NCBI GenBank assembly: GCA_030649895.1
Contig: JAUSEX010000026.1
Span: forward strand, 16,823 to 80,822
Source: Candidatus Omnitrophota bacterium
GTDB lineage: Bacteria; Omnitrophota; Gorgyraeia; Gorgyraeales; Gorgyraeaceae
Length of the DNA: 64,000 nucleotides
Reading direction: 5' to 3'
Positions within the stretch are counted from its first letter, which is position 1. Every line of letters begins with the position of its first letter. Of the stretch, positions 19,000 through 31,465 are shown in pieces. The notes beneath the pieces were generated by a model. That model was not told where the DNA came from. It searched no databases and worked only from the letters and a program-made list of their open reading frames with translations. The position numbers were made by a program, and so were the translations under genes.

Positions 19000-20028
19000 T
19001 TATAGCACAACTTCCCGTAAATATTTCGCTGCTTCTTCCGGCGGAGTAGGATTTATATAAAAACCTGAACCCCATTCAAAACCAGCCACCTGAGTAATCC
19101 TGGGCATAACTTCTATATGCCAGTGATAATCTTCCTCGATAGTATGCCAATACCCAAGCCTCTTTGACCGCCTAAAGGGGGCCGTGTGCAGCATATAATT
19201 GTACGGCGGATCATTCAATGCCTTTGAAAGCTTTGCAAATACTGTCTTCAAAACACTTGCCAGGTCTTTTATCTCGTCGCCTTGTATGTTCATAAAATCC
19301 GCCCTGTGGACTTTTGGCATTATCCATATTTCAAAAGGGAATCTTGAGGCAAAAGGCGCTATCGCCACCACTGTTTTTGTATCCATGACAACCCTGGAGC
19401 CTGTATCTATTTCCTGGCTTATGATATCGCAGAAAATACATCTTTCTTTGTATTCAAAATAAAAGCGCGAACCCCTAAGCTCTTCCTTCACCCTGGTAGG
19501 GGTAACAGGTGTTGCGATAAGCTGAGACCTTAAATGTTTTGTCCTGCTGCTCCCGCCCGCTTTTAATCCATGATTCTTAAACAAAAGGCAGTATTTAAAC
19601 CGAATATCTTTCTCAAGCTCGCTAATACGATAAATAGAAGTATTAATGACATCCTGTATCTCAGGTTCTGATAACTGATATACATCCGTAAGATGTTTTG
19701 GAGATTCTATTATGATCTCATGCGCGCCTATAGGGTTCATAACATCGTACATCCCGACCCCGCGCCTGTTCAGGTCCCCTTCTATTATAAATTTAGGGGC
19801 TATGCTAGGGACAACCCTGACATTCCAGCCGGGCGTATCTTTCTTTGTGTCCGGCTTTCTGATCGCAAATATCTCCGCAGGGGTTTTATTTTCACGCCCC
19901 TCGCAAAAAGGGCATTCCATTTCAGGCTCATCCGCATGTTTTATATTAAAATCGCTCGGCCTTTTAGCCCTTTCAGTGGATATTATAACCCATCTTCCTA
20001 TTACCGGATCTCTTCTTAGTTCTGGCAT
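19000..20028 (-). CDS. GalT-like HIT-family paralog with the nucleophilic His replaced (HLRSQ instead of HxHxQ)
   Basis: Collinear with the adjacent galT and keeps CPFCEGRE. The active-site segment reads KHLRSQ, so the second His is Arg. Confidence 0.8.
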   Translation of the reverse strand: MPELRRDPVIGRWVIISTERAKRPSDFNIKHADEPEMECPFCEGRENKTPAEIFAIRKPDTKKDTPGWNVRVVPSIAPKFIIEGDLNRRGVGMYDVMNPIGAHEIIIESPKHLTDVYQLSEPEIQDVINTSIYRISELEKDIRFKYCLLFKNHGLKAGGSSRTKHLRSQLIATPVTPTRVKEELRGSRFYFEYKERCIFCDIISQEIDTGSRVVMDTKTVVAIAPFASRFPFEIWIMPKVHRADFMNIQGDEIKDLASVLKTVFAKLSKALNDPPYNYMLHTAPFRRSKRLGYWHTIEEDYHWHIEVMPRITQVAGFEWGSGFYINPTPPEEAAKYLREVVL

Positions 20029-20121
20029 ATATTTAATCTCAAGTTAACGCAAAACTCCGCGCAAAAAAGAAATGCCCGCGCTGTAAATTTACGGCCCTGC
20101 TAATACAATGGATGGATTATA

Positions 20122-21081
20122 TCATAAAAAACTGTCTCCGCAAGAAAAATTTTTATGGCCGGCTATAAATTCTTCAGCGGTCATTCTGCGCGAGCCTTCC
20201 GGCTGCAACTCTTCTATTTTTAATAAACCTTTTCCTGTTTTAACAAGTATGCCATTTTTATTGATTTCCAATATTGCGCCGGGCTTATCTTTGATCCACC
20301 TGTCAGGTGAGACGCCTAGCTCGCCTGACAGGTGGGCAGGCCCGGCTTTCCATATCTTAAACATCTTCCCGTTCAAATAAGTAAAACATCCCGGCCACGG
20401 CACAAAGGCCCTGACTCTATTATAAATTTCATCGGCGCTTTTCTCCCAATTAATCAAGCCGTCTTCTTTTTTTAACTTAGGCGCATAGGTTGCCTCGCTG
20501 TTATCCTGGCTTGTAAATTCAATTTCATCGCCCCTTATCAATCTTATGACATCCAGCAGCAGGCCTATCCCTTTTTCGGAAATTTTTTCCAACAATATAA
20601 TAGCGTCATCCTGCAGGTCCAGGGGCAAGGTTGCCTTAGAGATAATATCGCCTTCGTCCATTTTTTCATTCATCCGTATAATAGTTACGCCCGTTTCTTT
20701 TTCCCCATTTGCAATGGCCCAGCTTACAGGCGCCGCGCCTCTATATTTCGGCAAAAGAGAAGCATGAATATTCAGGCAATATAATTTTGGCAGATCCAAT
20801 ACCGCCTTTGAAAGTATCTGGCCAAAGCTCGCCACTATAAACAAGTCCGCGTTAAATTTCTTCAGAAATTCTATGGATTCTTTGGTGTTAACCTGTTGAG
20901 GCTGAAACGCCTTAATCCCCAGCTCTTCCGCCTTTAATTTCACGGCCGTAGGCGTTATCTTGAGAGACCTGCCCTTTTCCCTGTCAGGCTGCGTAACCGC
21001 CAGAATCACCTCTTCGCTCTTAGCAAGCTCTTCCAATATAGGCACGGCAAAGCCAGAGCTTCCAAAAAATATTATTTTCAT
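20122..21081 (-). CDS. fmt: Methionyl-tRNA formyltransferase
   Basis: Formyltransferase N-domain and C-terminal domain. It has the conserved position next to def. Confidence 0.9.
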   Translation of the reverse strand: MKIIFFGSSGFAVPILEELAKSEEVILAVTQPDREKGRSLKITPTAVKLKAEELGIKAFQPQQVNTKESIEFLKKFNADLFIVASFGQILSKAVLDLPKLYCLNIHASLLPKYRGAAPVSWAIANGEKETGVTIIRMNEKMDEGDIISKATLPLDLQDDAIILLEKISEKGIGLLLDVIRLIRGDEIEFTSQDNSEATYAPKLKKEDGLINWEKSADEIYNRVRAFVPWPGCFTYLNGKMFKIWKAGPAHLSGELGVSPDRWIKDKPGAILEINKNGILVKTGKGLLKIEELQPEGSRRMTAEEFIAGHKNFSCGDSFL

Positions 21082-21082
21082 A

Positions 21083-21589
21083 TTAGAACTCCATACAGAA
21101 CTTTACGCCAAGCTGCTTAATGATCTTCTTGCGTTTTAAGAACCCTACCTTATCTATAAACACTATTCCGTCAAGATGGTCTATTTCATGCTGTATTATT
21201 CTCGCCAGGATCCCGCCTGTATTTATTTTCAGCTCATCTCCGTCAAGATTTAACGCTTCTACCGTAACAAACTCGGGCCTCACAACATCATTGGAAACGC
21301 CGGGTAAACTTAAACATCCTTCGCAGAGTTTTACCTTGCCTTTCTTCTGGGTTATTCTTGGATTGATTAACGTTAAAACAGCTCTGTTGTCGCCTTCCAC
21401 ATCTTCTGCGACTACAATACGCCTGCTGATGCCCACCTGCGGGGCTGCCAGGCCGACTCCATTGGCAAAGCGCATCGTCTCTATCATATCGTAAGCGAGT
21501 TTCCGCTCATTATCGCCTACCTTTTCCACCCGCCTCGCTTTTTTCCGAAGGACTGGATCCGGATATATCTTTATCTCTAATTTTGCCAT
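21083..21589 (-). CDS. def: Peptide deformylase
   Basis: GVGLAAPQVG, EGCLSLPG and QHEIDHLDG. The track start at 21625 is a TTG and the ATG at 21589 (MAKLEIKIYPDPVL) is preferred. Confidence 0.9.
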   Translation of the reverse strand: MAKLEIKIYPDPVLRKKARRVEKVGDNERKLAYDMIETMRFANGVGLAAPQVGISRRIVVAEDVEGDNRAVLTLINPRITQKKGKVKLCEGCLSLPGVSNDVVRPEFVTVEALNLDGDELKINTGGILARIIQHEIDHLDGIVFIDKVGFLKRKKIIKQLGVKFCMEF

Positions 21590-21655
21590 ATTTTTAATTT
21601 TACCACACCTCTTCTGTCTTGACAATCACATAAGATTATTGTAAACTTAATACAT

Positions 21656-22231
21656 ATGATGACTGAACAGGAATTAAAAGAATTTTACAGTAAAGGCCTT
21701 TTGGCGTTCGAAAAACAAAACTACGATTACGCTATTGAGATCTTCTCTCGGATAATTTCGTTCCAATACGACCACCTGGAAGCCAGGCATTATCTGCATC
21801 TATCTCTCCAGAAAACAGCAGAAGGCTCCAAGCCATCCATAATAAGTTCTATTAATAGACTATTTCTTACAATGCAGGCAGATGGGCTATTAAAAAAAGA
21901 CAATATCCTCGGCTGCCTGGAAATACTAGAAAAAATAATAGCGTCTAACCCGAACGATTCGGAAACATTGAAAAAAATTGGCGGTATATTTCATAAAAAA
22001 GGGTTGCTGTCCCACGCTATAAACAATCTGGAGGAGGCAAGGCTTGCTAATCCTAAAGATATAGATGCGCTAAAAAAACTCGGCGAGTTATATGTAAGAA
22101 AGGAAGATTACCGTAATGCCAAAACAGTCTACGAAGCAACCCTTAAAATAAACCCCGGCGATACCGAAGTCCTGAAATCCCTTAAAAATCTTGACGCCCT
22201 CGGAACCATGAAGCGCGAATTCACAAGCTAA
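21656..22231 (+). CDS. TPR-repeat protein
   Basis: Multiple TPR-like helical repeats. It is one of only two plus-strand genes. Confidence 0.7.
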   Translation: MMTEQELKEFYSKGLLAFEKQNYDYAIEIFSRIISFQYDHLEARHYLHLSLQKTAEGSKPSIISSINRLFLTMQADGLLKKDNILGCLEILEKIIASNPNDSETLKKIGGIFHKKGLLSHAINNLEEARLANPKDIDALKKLGELYVRKEDYRNAKTVYEATLKINPGDTEVLKSLKNLDALGTMKREFTS

Positions 22232-24243
22232 GACGGATCAACATCAACTGTTATTATAATTCCTGAACTTTTACTTCTATTCAGCGCCTTTTTCAAGATA
22301 GAGGTTATGTCTTCCGCGGCTTTAGCCCTTAAAAATATATTCCACCTGTACATGCCTTTCATTTTAGAGATCGGCGCAGGCGCAGGTCCCAGAATATCTA
22401 TATCCTTAGATTTAATTTCTTCTTCAAGGCTGGCTTTTAAATCATCGCTTACCTTAAAAACCCTTTCTTCTTTTCTTCCCCTGATAGTCAGGCTGACCAT
22501 GTGGCAGAACGGCGGAAGAAATAATTCTTTGCGCAGCGATATTTCTTTGTCGTAGAACGTATTGTAATCATGGGTTTTTGCGGCCTGTATTGAATAATGC
22601 TGCGGGGTGTAACTTTGTATTATCACCCTGCCGCCCAGGTCGCTCCTTCCTGCGCGGCCTGCAACCTGGGTCAATAAATTGAATGTGCGCTCCGCTGCCC
22701 TGAAATCTGGAAGATTTAAAGCTGTGTCAGCTGATATGACCCCCACGAGAGTAACCTTTGGAAAATCCAGGCCTTTGGCTATCATCTGCGTCCCTATAAT
22801 AATATCTATATGCCCGTTCTTAAATTTTAAAAGCACCTTGTCGTGGCTACCCCGTTTATGAGTGGAGTCCGTATCCATGCGCGCTATAGAGGCTTGAGGA
22901 AAAAACCTGTTGAGCTCGCTTTCAACCTTTTCTGTCCCAAGGCCCCAGTATTTTAAATAAGCCTCATTGCACTCAGGGCATATCTCAGGCGGTTCCATGT
23001 TGAAATTACAATGATGGCACGTTAATTTTTTCTTATCAAAATGATATGTAAGGCTGACGCTGCAGCGCTTACACTTAATGACATACCCGCATTTCCTGCA
23101 ATTTATAAAAGTTGAAAAGCCGCGCCTGTTTAAAAAAAGTATTACCTGTTTTTTTTCGGAAATATCCTTCTCTATCCATTCCCTGAGCTTCTGCGAAAAT
23201 ATCGGGATCTTTTTAGCTCTCGTCATTTCTTCGCGCATATCCACTATATCAACCGCTGGCAAAAGCCTTGAATCTATCCTCTCGGAAAGCTCGATAAGAA
23301 TAAATTTCCCGTTTTTGGCAGCATAAAAAGATTCCAGCGACGGGGTAGCGCTCCCGAGTATCACAATAGCCTTTGAAATCTCAGCCCTTTTTATCGCCAC
23401 GTCCCTGGCGTTATACCTTGGCGCGTCTTCCTGTTTATAGGATGTCTCGTGCTCTTCGTCCACAACTATCAGCCCAAGATTTCTGACAGGCGCGAATATG
23501 GCCGAGCGCGCGCCTATGACTATCTGAGCTTCTCCGGAGCTTATTCTATGCCATTCCGAAGCCCTCTTGGATCCGAGAAGCCTAGAATGGAGAATGGCTA
23601 TTTTATCCTTAAACCTGGATTTAAAACGCGCTACAGTCTGCGGGGTAAGCGAGATCTCCGGGACAAGTATTATGCTGGAAAGCCCGAGCTTTAGCGCGTG
23701 GGCGATCGATTGGAGATAAACCTCTGTCTTGCCGCTCCCCGTAACTCCATGTAAAAGAAAAACCTTGTGGCTCTTAGCGTCCATTGAGCTCATTATGAAA
23801 TCAAGGGCGTCTTGCTGCTCTTCGTTGGGCGTAAGGTGTGTATCAGAACCGTCTATGAATTCAAATTCCGCTGCATCTTCTTCATGTTTTTCTTTTCTAC
23901 TTCTTTTTCCTGAAACGCTTTTTTTAAGCACGCCTGGAACAGCAGCCGAGATCGCCTCGCCCCAGGAAGAGTAGTAATAATCCGAAATCCATTTCGTAAG
24001 CTCCAGTATATCCGGAACCAGGCGCAGATTTTTATCAATTATGCTATTGATCGGTTTGATATTTTCTATGTCGCATTTATCGGAAAGCCCTATTACATAA
24101 CCTATGACTATCTTATTTCCGAAAGATACCTCTACCACGCTGCCTACATCAAGATCATCCTTGATAGATTCAGGGATAGAATACGTAAAAGGCCCTTTTA
24201 TAGGCCGGTTAATAACTATATTGGCGAACTTATAATTACCCAT
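22228..24243 (-). CDS. priA: Primosomal protein N' (replication restart helicase PriA)
   Basis: Walker A GVTGSGKTEVY, DEEH and CxxC zinc-binding pairs, about 670 aa. Confidence 0.9.
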   Translation of the reverse strand: MGNYKFANIVINRPIKGPFTYSIPESIKDDLDVGSVVEVSFGNKIVIGYVIGLSDKCDIENIKPINSIIDKNLRLVPDILELTKWISDYYYSSWGEAISAAVPGVLKKSVSGKRSRKEKHEEDAAEFEFIDGSDTHLTPNEEQQDALDFIMSSMDAKSHKVFLLHGVTGSGKTEVYLQSIAHALKLGLSSIILVPEISLTPQTVARFKSRFKDKIAILHSRLLGSKRASEWHRISSGEAQIVIGARSAIFAPVRNLGLIVVDEEHETSYKQEDAPRYNARDVAIKRAEISKAIVILGSATPSLESFYAAKNGKFILIELSERIDSRLLPAVDIVDMREEMTRAKKIPIFSQKLREWIEKDISEKKQVILFLNRRGFSTFINCRKCGYVIKCKRCSVSLTYHFDKKKLTCHHCNFNMEPPEICPECNEAYLKYWGLGTEKVESELNRFFPQASIARMDTDSTHKRGSHDKVLLKFKNGHIDIIIGTQMIAKGLDFPKVTLVGVISADTALNLPDFRAAERTFNLLTQVAGRAGRSDLGGRVIIQSYTPQHYSIQAAKTHDYNTFYDKEISLRKELFLPPFCHMVSLTIRGRKEERVFKVSDDLKASLEEEIKSKDIDILGPAPAPISKMKGMYRWNIFLRAKAAEDITSILKKALNRSKSSGIIITVDVDPS

Positions 24244-24874
24244 TCAGCGCTTCCATTATTTTTTTCACGTCTTCCCATACAAGCTTCTTATCTCTGGGAT
24301 TCCGCAGAAGATAGGCAGGATGATATGTGGGCATAAATTTTATCCCTCTATATTCATGCCAGCTGCCTCTCAATTTACTTATAGGGGTTTCTATCTTTAG
24401 GAGGGTCTGACTTGCAAATTTTCCAAGCCCGCATATTACCTTGGGCCTTACCATCTCTATCTGACTGTAAAGATAATCTATGCACGCTGATATTTCTCCA
24501 GGCAAAGGGTTTCTATTCTGCGGAGGCCTGCATTTTAAAATATTGCAGATATAGACGTCTTCTCTTTCGATCCCCATAGCCTCTATTATTTTTGTTAGAA
24601 GCACGCCTGCCTCTCCGACAAAAGGCATTCCCTGGATATCTTCGTCGTGGCCCGGCGCCTCTCCTACAAACATAAGCTTCGCATCAATCCTTCCCGACCC
24701 AAATACGCTATTTGTCCGCATTTCCCCCAGAGGGCACTTTCGACAACCAGATACCTGGTTTTTGACCAAAGATAGCCTGACATCTTTCGGCTTGGATGAA
24801 AAAAGATATTCAGACACTCCGCTCTCTTTTTCCATCTCAAAATAGCTTCGTATAGATTTTAAAATATTCTCCAT
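24236..24874 (-). CDS. Uracil-DNA glycosylase, family 4 (Fe-S)
   Basis: GEAPGHDEDIQGMPFVGEAGVLL and Cys clusters. The track start at 24886 is a TTG and the ATG at 24874 is preferred. Confidence 0.8.
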   Translation of the reverse strand: MENILKSIRSYFEMEKESGVSEYLFSSKPKDVRLSLVKNQVSGCRKCPLGEMRTNSVFGSGRIDAKLMFVGEAPGHDEDIQGMPFVGEAGVLLTKIIEAMGIEREDVYICNILKCRPPQNRNPLPGEISACIDYLYSQIEMVRPKVICGLGKFASQTLLKIETPISKLRGSWHEYRGIKFMPTYHPAYLLRNPRDKKLVWEDVKKIMEALNG

Positions 24875-24884
24875 ATATTTAACC

Positions 24885-24907
24885 AATCCGACTCCGTGAG
24901 TCGGATT
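24885..24907. repeat. Family-2 hairpin AATCCGACTC-cgt-GAGTCGGATT, directly after the xerC/D stop
   Basis: Perfect 10-bp stem. It shares its core with the copies at 6436-6479 and 58572-58596. Confidence 0.65.
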
Positions 24908-25795
24908 TTACGGTCTGGGGTGAAACTTCTGATGGATTGATTTTAACCTGTCTTTGCTCACATGCGTATAAATCTGCGTAGTAGAAATATCCGAATGCCC
25001 TAGCATTTCCTGCACTATCCTTAAGTCAGCGCCCCTTTCAAGTATATGCGTAGCGAAAGAATGCCTTAAGCTATGAGGGCTGACTTTTTTCTTTATCCTG
25101 GCTATCTTCACATATCTTTTTATGATCTTCCAGAACGTCTGGCGAGACATGGGCTTACCAAGCCTTGTTAAAAATAAAGAGTTTGAGATTTTCTTCTTTA
25201 GAAACTGCGGCCTGGATTTTTCCAGGTACCGTTCAATGCTTTCTTTCGCCTTTTTGCCAAAAGGCACTATCCTTTCCTTGGAACCTTTACCGAAACATTT
25301 TACAAAACCAACCGCCATATTTATATCGTCCATCTTGAGGTTTACAAGTTCTGAAACCCTCATGCCGGTAGCGTACATAAGCTCCATACAGGCCTTGTCC
25401 CTTATTTCCATGGGGTCCCTAGTGTTCGGGGCATTCAATAAAACCTCGACCTCGCTAATACTCAGAGTGAACGGAAGCTTCTTCCATAATTTAGGGGATT
25501 CGATAATAGTCGCGGCGTCTTCCTTGATTATATTTTCTTTTAGAAGGAACTTAAAAAAACTTTTTATACACGCGAGCTCTCTTGAGACAGAGTTGGAACC
25601 AAGGCCTCTTTCTTTTTCCGACATCATGAACGAATTTATCAGTTGCCTGGAAACCTTATCTATAGAATCAATTTTCTTGGATTTTAAAAAATCGGCAACC
25701 CTGGAAAGATCTCTTTTGTAAGAGCTGAGGGTATTATTCGCCATGCCCTTTTCAACAGATATATAACTTAAAAATTGTTCGATTAATTCATTCAT
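24908..25795 (-). CDS. Tyrosine recombinase XerC/XerD (chromosome dimer resolution type)
   Basis: HSLRHSFATHILE...LGHSDISTTQIYTHV catalytic region and an N-terminal SAM-like domain. Confidence 0.85.
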   Translation of the reverse strand: MNELIEQFLSYISVEKGMANNTLSSYKRDLSRVADFLKSKKIDSIDKVSRQLINSFMMSEKERGLGSNSVSRELACIKSFFKFLLKENIIKEDAATIIESPKLWKKLPFTLSISEVEVLLNAPNTRDPMEIRDKACMELMYATGMRVSELVNLKMDDINMAVGFVKCFGKGSKERIVPFGKKAKESIERYLEKSRPQFLKKKISNSLFLTRLGKPMSRQTFWKIIKRYVKIARIKKKVSPHSLRHSFATHILERGADLRIVQEMLGHSDISTTQIYTHVSKDRLKSIHQKFHPRP

Positions 25796-25815
25796 AATTA
25801 TCGCCTAGCCAGGTT

Positions 25816-26418
25816 TTAGAAACAAATGCCCTGCTTCTCATGTCCGATCGTAGATTCAGGCCCGTGCCCCGGATAAATAACATACCCATCATCCAGCGTA
25901 AATAACTTTTCTTTTATGGAATCCTTTATATCTTTTTCCGAACCGTACGCAAAATCTGTCCTACCGATGCCTTCGCAAAAAAGCGTATCCCCTGTAAATA
26001 CGGCTCTTTCGGTTTTAAGACAGATAGATCCCGGCGTATGGCCCGGCGTATGGATAACCTCAAGCTTGTATTTACCGATATTCAAAATATCCCCGTCTTC
26101 CAGCAACCTGGATGCGGTTTTCGTTCTGAGAAGGAACCCGAATGCGCTTGAAAGGTTCTTGGAAGGATCCATTAAAAAATCAGCGTCCAGCCGGTGTATC
26201 CATACGGGAATACCAAACTCCTTATTGGCGCCTATATGATCTCCATGGCCATGGGTATTGATAACAGCCTTCGGATTCAGGCCGTCTTTATCTATAACGC
26301 TTTTGATTTTCCTGTAATCTCCGCCTGGGTCTACTACAAAGATCTCTTTCGTAGTTTCATCCCCGAAAAGATAGCAGTTTGACTCCAGAGGGCCTACAAC
26401 TATTCTTTTTATAAACAT
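25816..26418 (-). CDS. MBL-fold metallo-hydrolase (hydroxyacylglutathione hydrolase-like)
   Basis: HGHGDHIG metal-binding motif, about 200 aa. Confidence 0.75.
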   Translation of the reverse strand: MFIKRIVVGPLESNCYLFGDETTKEIFVVDPGGDYRKIKSVIDKDGLNPKAVINTHGHGDHIGANKEFGIPVWIHRLDADFLMDPSKNLSSAFGFLLRTKTASRLLEDGDILNIGKYKLEVIHTPGHTPGSICLKTERAVFTGDTLFCEGIGRTDFAYGSEKDIKDSIKEKLFTLDDGYVIYPGHGPESTIGHEKQGICF

Positions 26419-26421
26419 TGT

Positions 26422-29207
<2,786 letters not shown>

Positions 29208-29211
<4 letters not shown>

Positions 29212-30245
29212 TGTTTTTGCAGATATTCTTCGAACTTACCCCAGAAAGGATCTATCTTAGGATGCTCTAACTTATATTTTTTATCTTTTTCTATAACATA
29301 GATACCTTGATTTTTTCGGGTCACTTCTCCTGCTATGCTGGCTGGGATAGATTCATCGTTCAAAGCATTAACGACGTCTTTTGCCTTTTTACTGCTGACG
29401 GTCGCGAGCAAAGTGCCTTCGCTTATCGCTTTATACGGGTCTATATCAAAACATTCGCAGGTCTTCTTAACCTCATCCTGTAAAACTATTTTTTCAATGT
29501 AAATATCCATGCCGACATCGCTATGCATCGCCATCTCATAAAGCCCTCCGAATATCCCGCATTCAGTAGCGTCATGCATTGCTGTGACGCCGCCTGCCTT
29601 CGCTGCAATAAGCGCGTCTTTAACAGTAGACATCTGGTAATAAACATTCTGGGCTTTTTTTACAAAATTTTTTCCATATTTTTCTTCTAGGAATTTCGGG
29701 AAATACGCTGACATGAGGCCTGTCGTCTCTATAGCAGGGCCTTTTGAAATTACAATAGCATCTCCAGGCATGCATCTGGGCGCTATTAATTTTGCTTTTT
29801 TACCGATCCCGAATACAGTAGCCCCTCCGACCATAGGATAATTACAGCCTGCGTACCTCGCTGTGTGGCCTGTAATTACCGTTATTCCTAATTTTTCGCA
29901 TTCTTTATGCACGCTATCCCACATCCTGGTAAGCTCGTCTTCCGTCATGTCCGGGGGAAGATTCAGATCCACTGCCAGGTATTTAGGCGCTATTCCGCTT
30001 ACAGCTACATCGGAAGCAAGGATATGCACAGCAAACCAGGCCGCCTTTTCCATTCCCAATTCTTTTGCTATGTAAAAAGGGTCTGATGACAAGACCATGA
30101 CCTTATCTCCGAGATCAATGACCCCGAAATCAACCCCGTGCTGAGGCCCCACCAAGACAGATTTATCTTTTTTGCCTAATCTGGGATATATAACCCTGTT
30201 GAAAAAATCAGGATGTATTTTTCCTAATTCCGGCAACTTTTCCAT
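29208..30245 (-). CDS. PurM-like (AIR synthase-related) protein, HypE/ThiL superfamily
   Basis: PurM N and C domain architecture with no HypE PRIC C-terminal motif. It is 4-nt coupled to acyP. Confidence 0.5.
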
Positions 30246-30314
30246 TTGGTAATAATCTCCGTTTTATTATTCGTTGTTTTACGCTTCGTAAGTGTGAGCG
30301 GAAGGGTATTTTTA

Positions 30315-30392
30315 TGGTCGGGGAGGGCGGATTCGAACCGCCGGCCTCTTGCTCCCGAAGCAAGCGCGCTAAGCCAACTGCGCTACTCCCCG
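30315..30392 (-). tRNA. tRNA-Pro (anticodon CGG), CCA encoded
   Basis: A cloverleaf was folded by hand: C1-G72, A73, D-stem GCGC/GCGC, anticodon loop UUCGGGA, T-loop GGTTCGAATCC. Confidence 0.85.
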
Positions 30393-30405
30393 CCCTAAAT
30401 CTAAA

Positions 30406-30435
30406 AAGCTGGGCAGGTTTAAACCTGCCCAGCTT
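30406..30435 (-). terminator. Intrinsic terminator after rmuC (12-bp stem AAGCTGGGCAGG/CCTGCCCAGCTT, loop TTTAAA, then a U-rich tract on the minus strand)
   Basis: Read from the sequence. It starts directly at the rmuC stop. Confidence 0.65.
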
Positions 30436-31464
30436 CTATCCTTTACTTTCTAGTTTCTTTTTATCTTCCAGTGAATCCGCAGATAGCAGCTTGTCTTCGA
30501 ATTTATCCAGACTCTTTGCTGCCCTTTCGTAGCTTGATTTTATATTGTCAATATGGCTGCCCATTACCTCGAAATCCTGCGTAAATTTCCCAAGAGATCC
30601 TTTCAAAGTAATCAGCATCTTTATCACTTCCTGCGCCTTCTCCTCCACTTTCAAACCTCTCATACCCAGAATAATCACCTGCAAATACGCGTAGAAACTA
30701 TTCGGAGACACAGGTATGACTTTTTTGGATATAGCGTGCGTAAATATGGACTTTTCTTCTCCGAAACCTTCGTCTTTTATAATCGTTTCGTAATAGACAT
30801 TTTCCGCTGGGATATACATAAGGGCAAAATCATAAGTGCCCTCGTCAGGAAGTATATATTTAGCGGCAATATCATCTATATGCGTTTTTACCGCTTTTAT
30901 AAATTCCTTTTTAGCGCGTTTTTTATCTTCGTCTCCTGTTACCTCCACAAAACGTTTAAAACTCTCCAGCGGAAATTTTGAATCCACAGGCACAAGCCTT
31001 GTCCCTATCTTAATAGCGGCATCAACCCTTTCGCCTGTCTTAAAACAATGCTGAAGCTCATAAAAATCCTTACTGGGCATTATCTGGGCTAAAAGCGATT
31101 CAAGAAACAATTCTCCCAGTCCACCTCTCATTTTAGGCGCCTTGAGTATCTCTTGCAGACTCGCTATATCTTTTCCTACTTCATAAATTTGCTGGGTCTT
31201 TTCATCCAGGGAGCCAAGGCTTTTCTGGACATCGCCAAAAACCCTTGCGGCATTATCCAGTCTCTGGCCAACGCCGCTATTTACTGACGCCAGCTGGGTT
31301 AAAATCAAATCTGTATTTTTTGAAAGCGTATCGCTCCATTCCCTGCGAAGCGCGTTTATTTTTTCTTCACCCTCTTTTGACGCAGAATTGCTCATCTTTC
31401 TGCTAAAAAAGTATATTAGGACCGCTATAACGCAAAAACCTATAATGTTTACCGCTATTATCAT
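30436..31464 (-). CDS. rmuC: DNA recombination protein RmuC
   Basis: N-terminal transmembrane segment, coiled-coil and RmuC C-terminal domain, about 340 aa. Confidence 0.8.
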   Translation of the reverse strand: MIIAVNIIGFCVIAVLIYFFSRKMSNSASKEGEEKINALRREWSDTLSKNTDLILTQLASVNSGVGQRLDNAARVFGDVQKSLGSLDEKTQQIYEVGKDIASLQEILKAPKMRGGLGELFLESLLAQIMPSKDFYELQHCFKTGERVDAAIKIGTRLVPVDSKFPLESFKRFVEVTGDEDKKRAKKEFIKAVKTHIDDIAAKYILPDEGTYDFALMYIPAENVYYETIIKDEGFGEEKSIFTHAISKKVIPVSPNSFYAYLQVIILGMRGLKVEEKAQEVIKMLITLKGSLGKFTQDFEVMGSHIDNIKSSYERAAKSLDKFEDKLLSADSLEDKKKLESKG

Positions 31465-31465
31465 T

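Noticed and set aside
24908-25795. The tyrosine recombinase as a sign of a prophage or integrative element
   Set aside because: The sequence has XerC/XerD-type catalytic motifs and sits among housekeeping genes (priA, UDG, ligA). There is no adjacent tRNA, no direct repeats, and no phage or conjugation genes.
30314-30532. 72-aa plus-strand ORF
   Set aside because: It overlaps tRNA-Pro(CGG) and the rmuC terminator. It is an artefact of the tRNA's GC-rich sequence.
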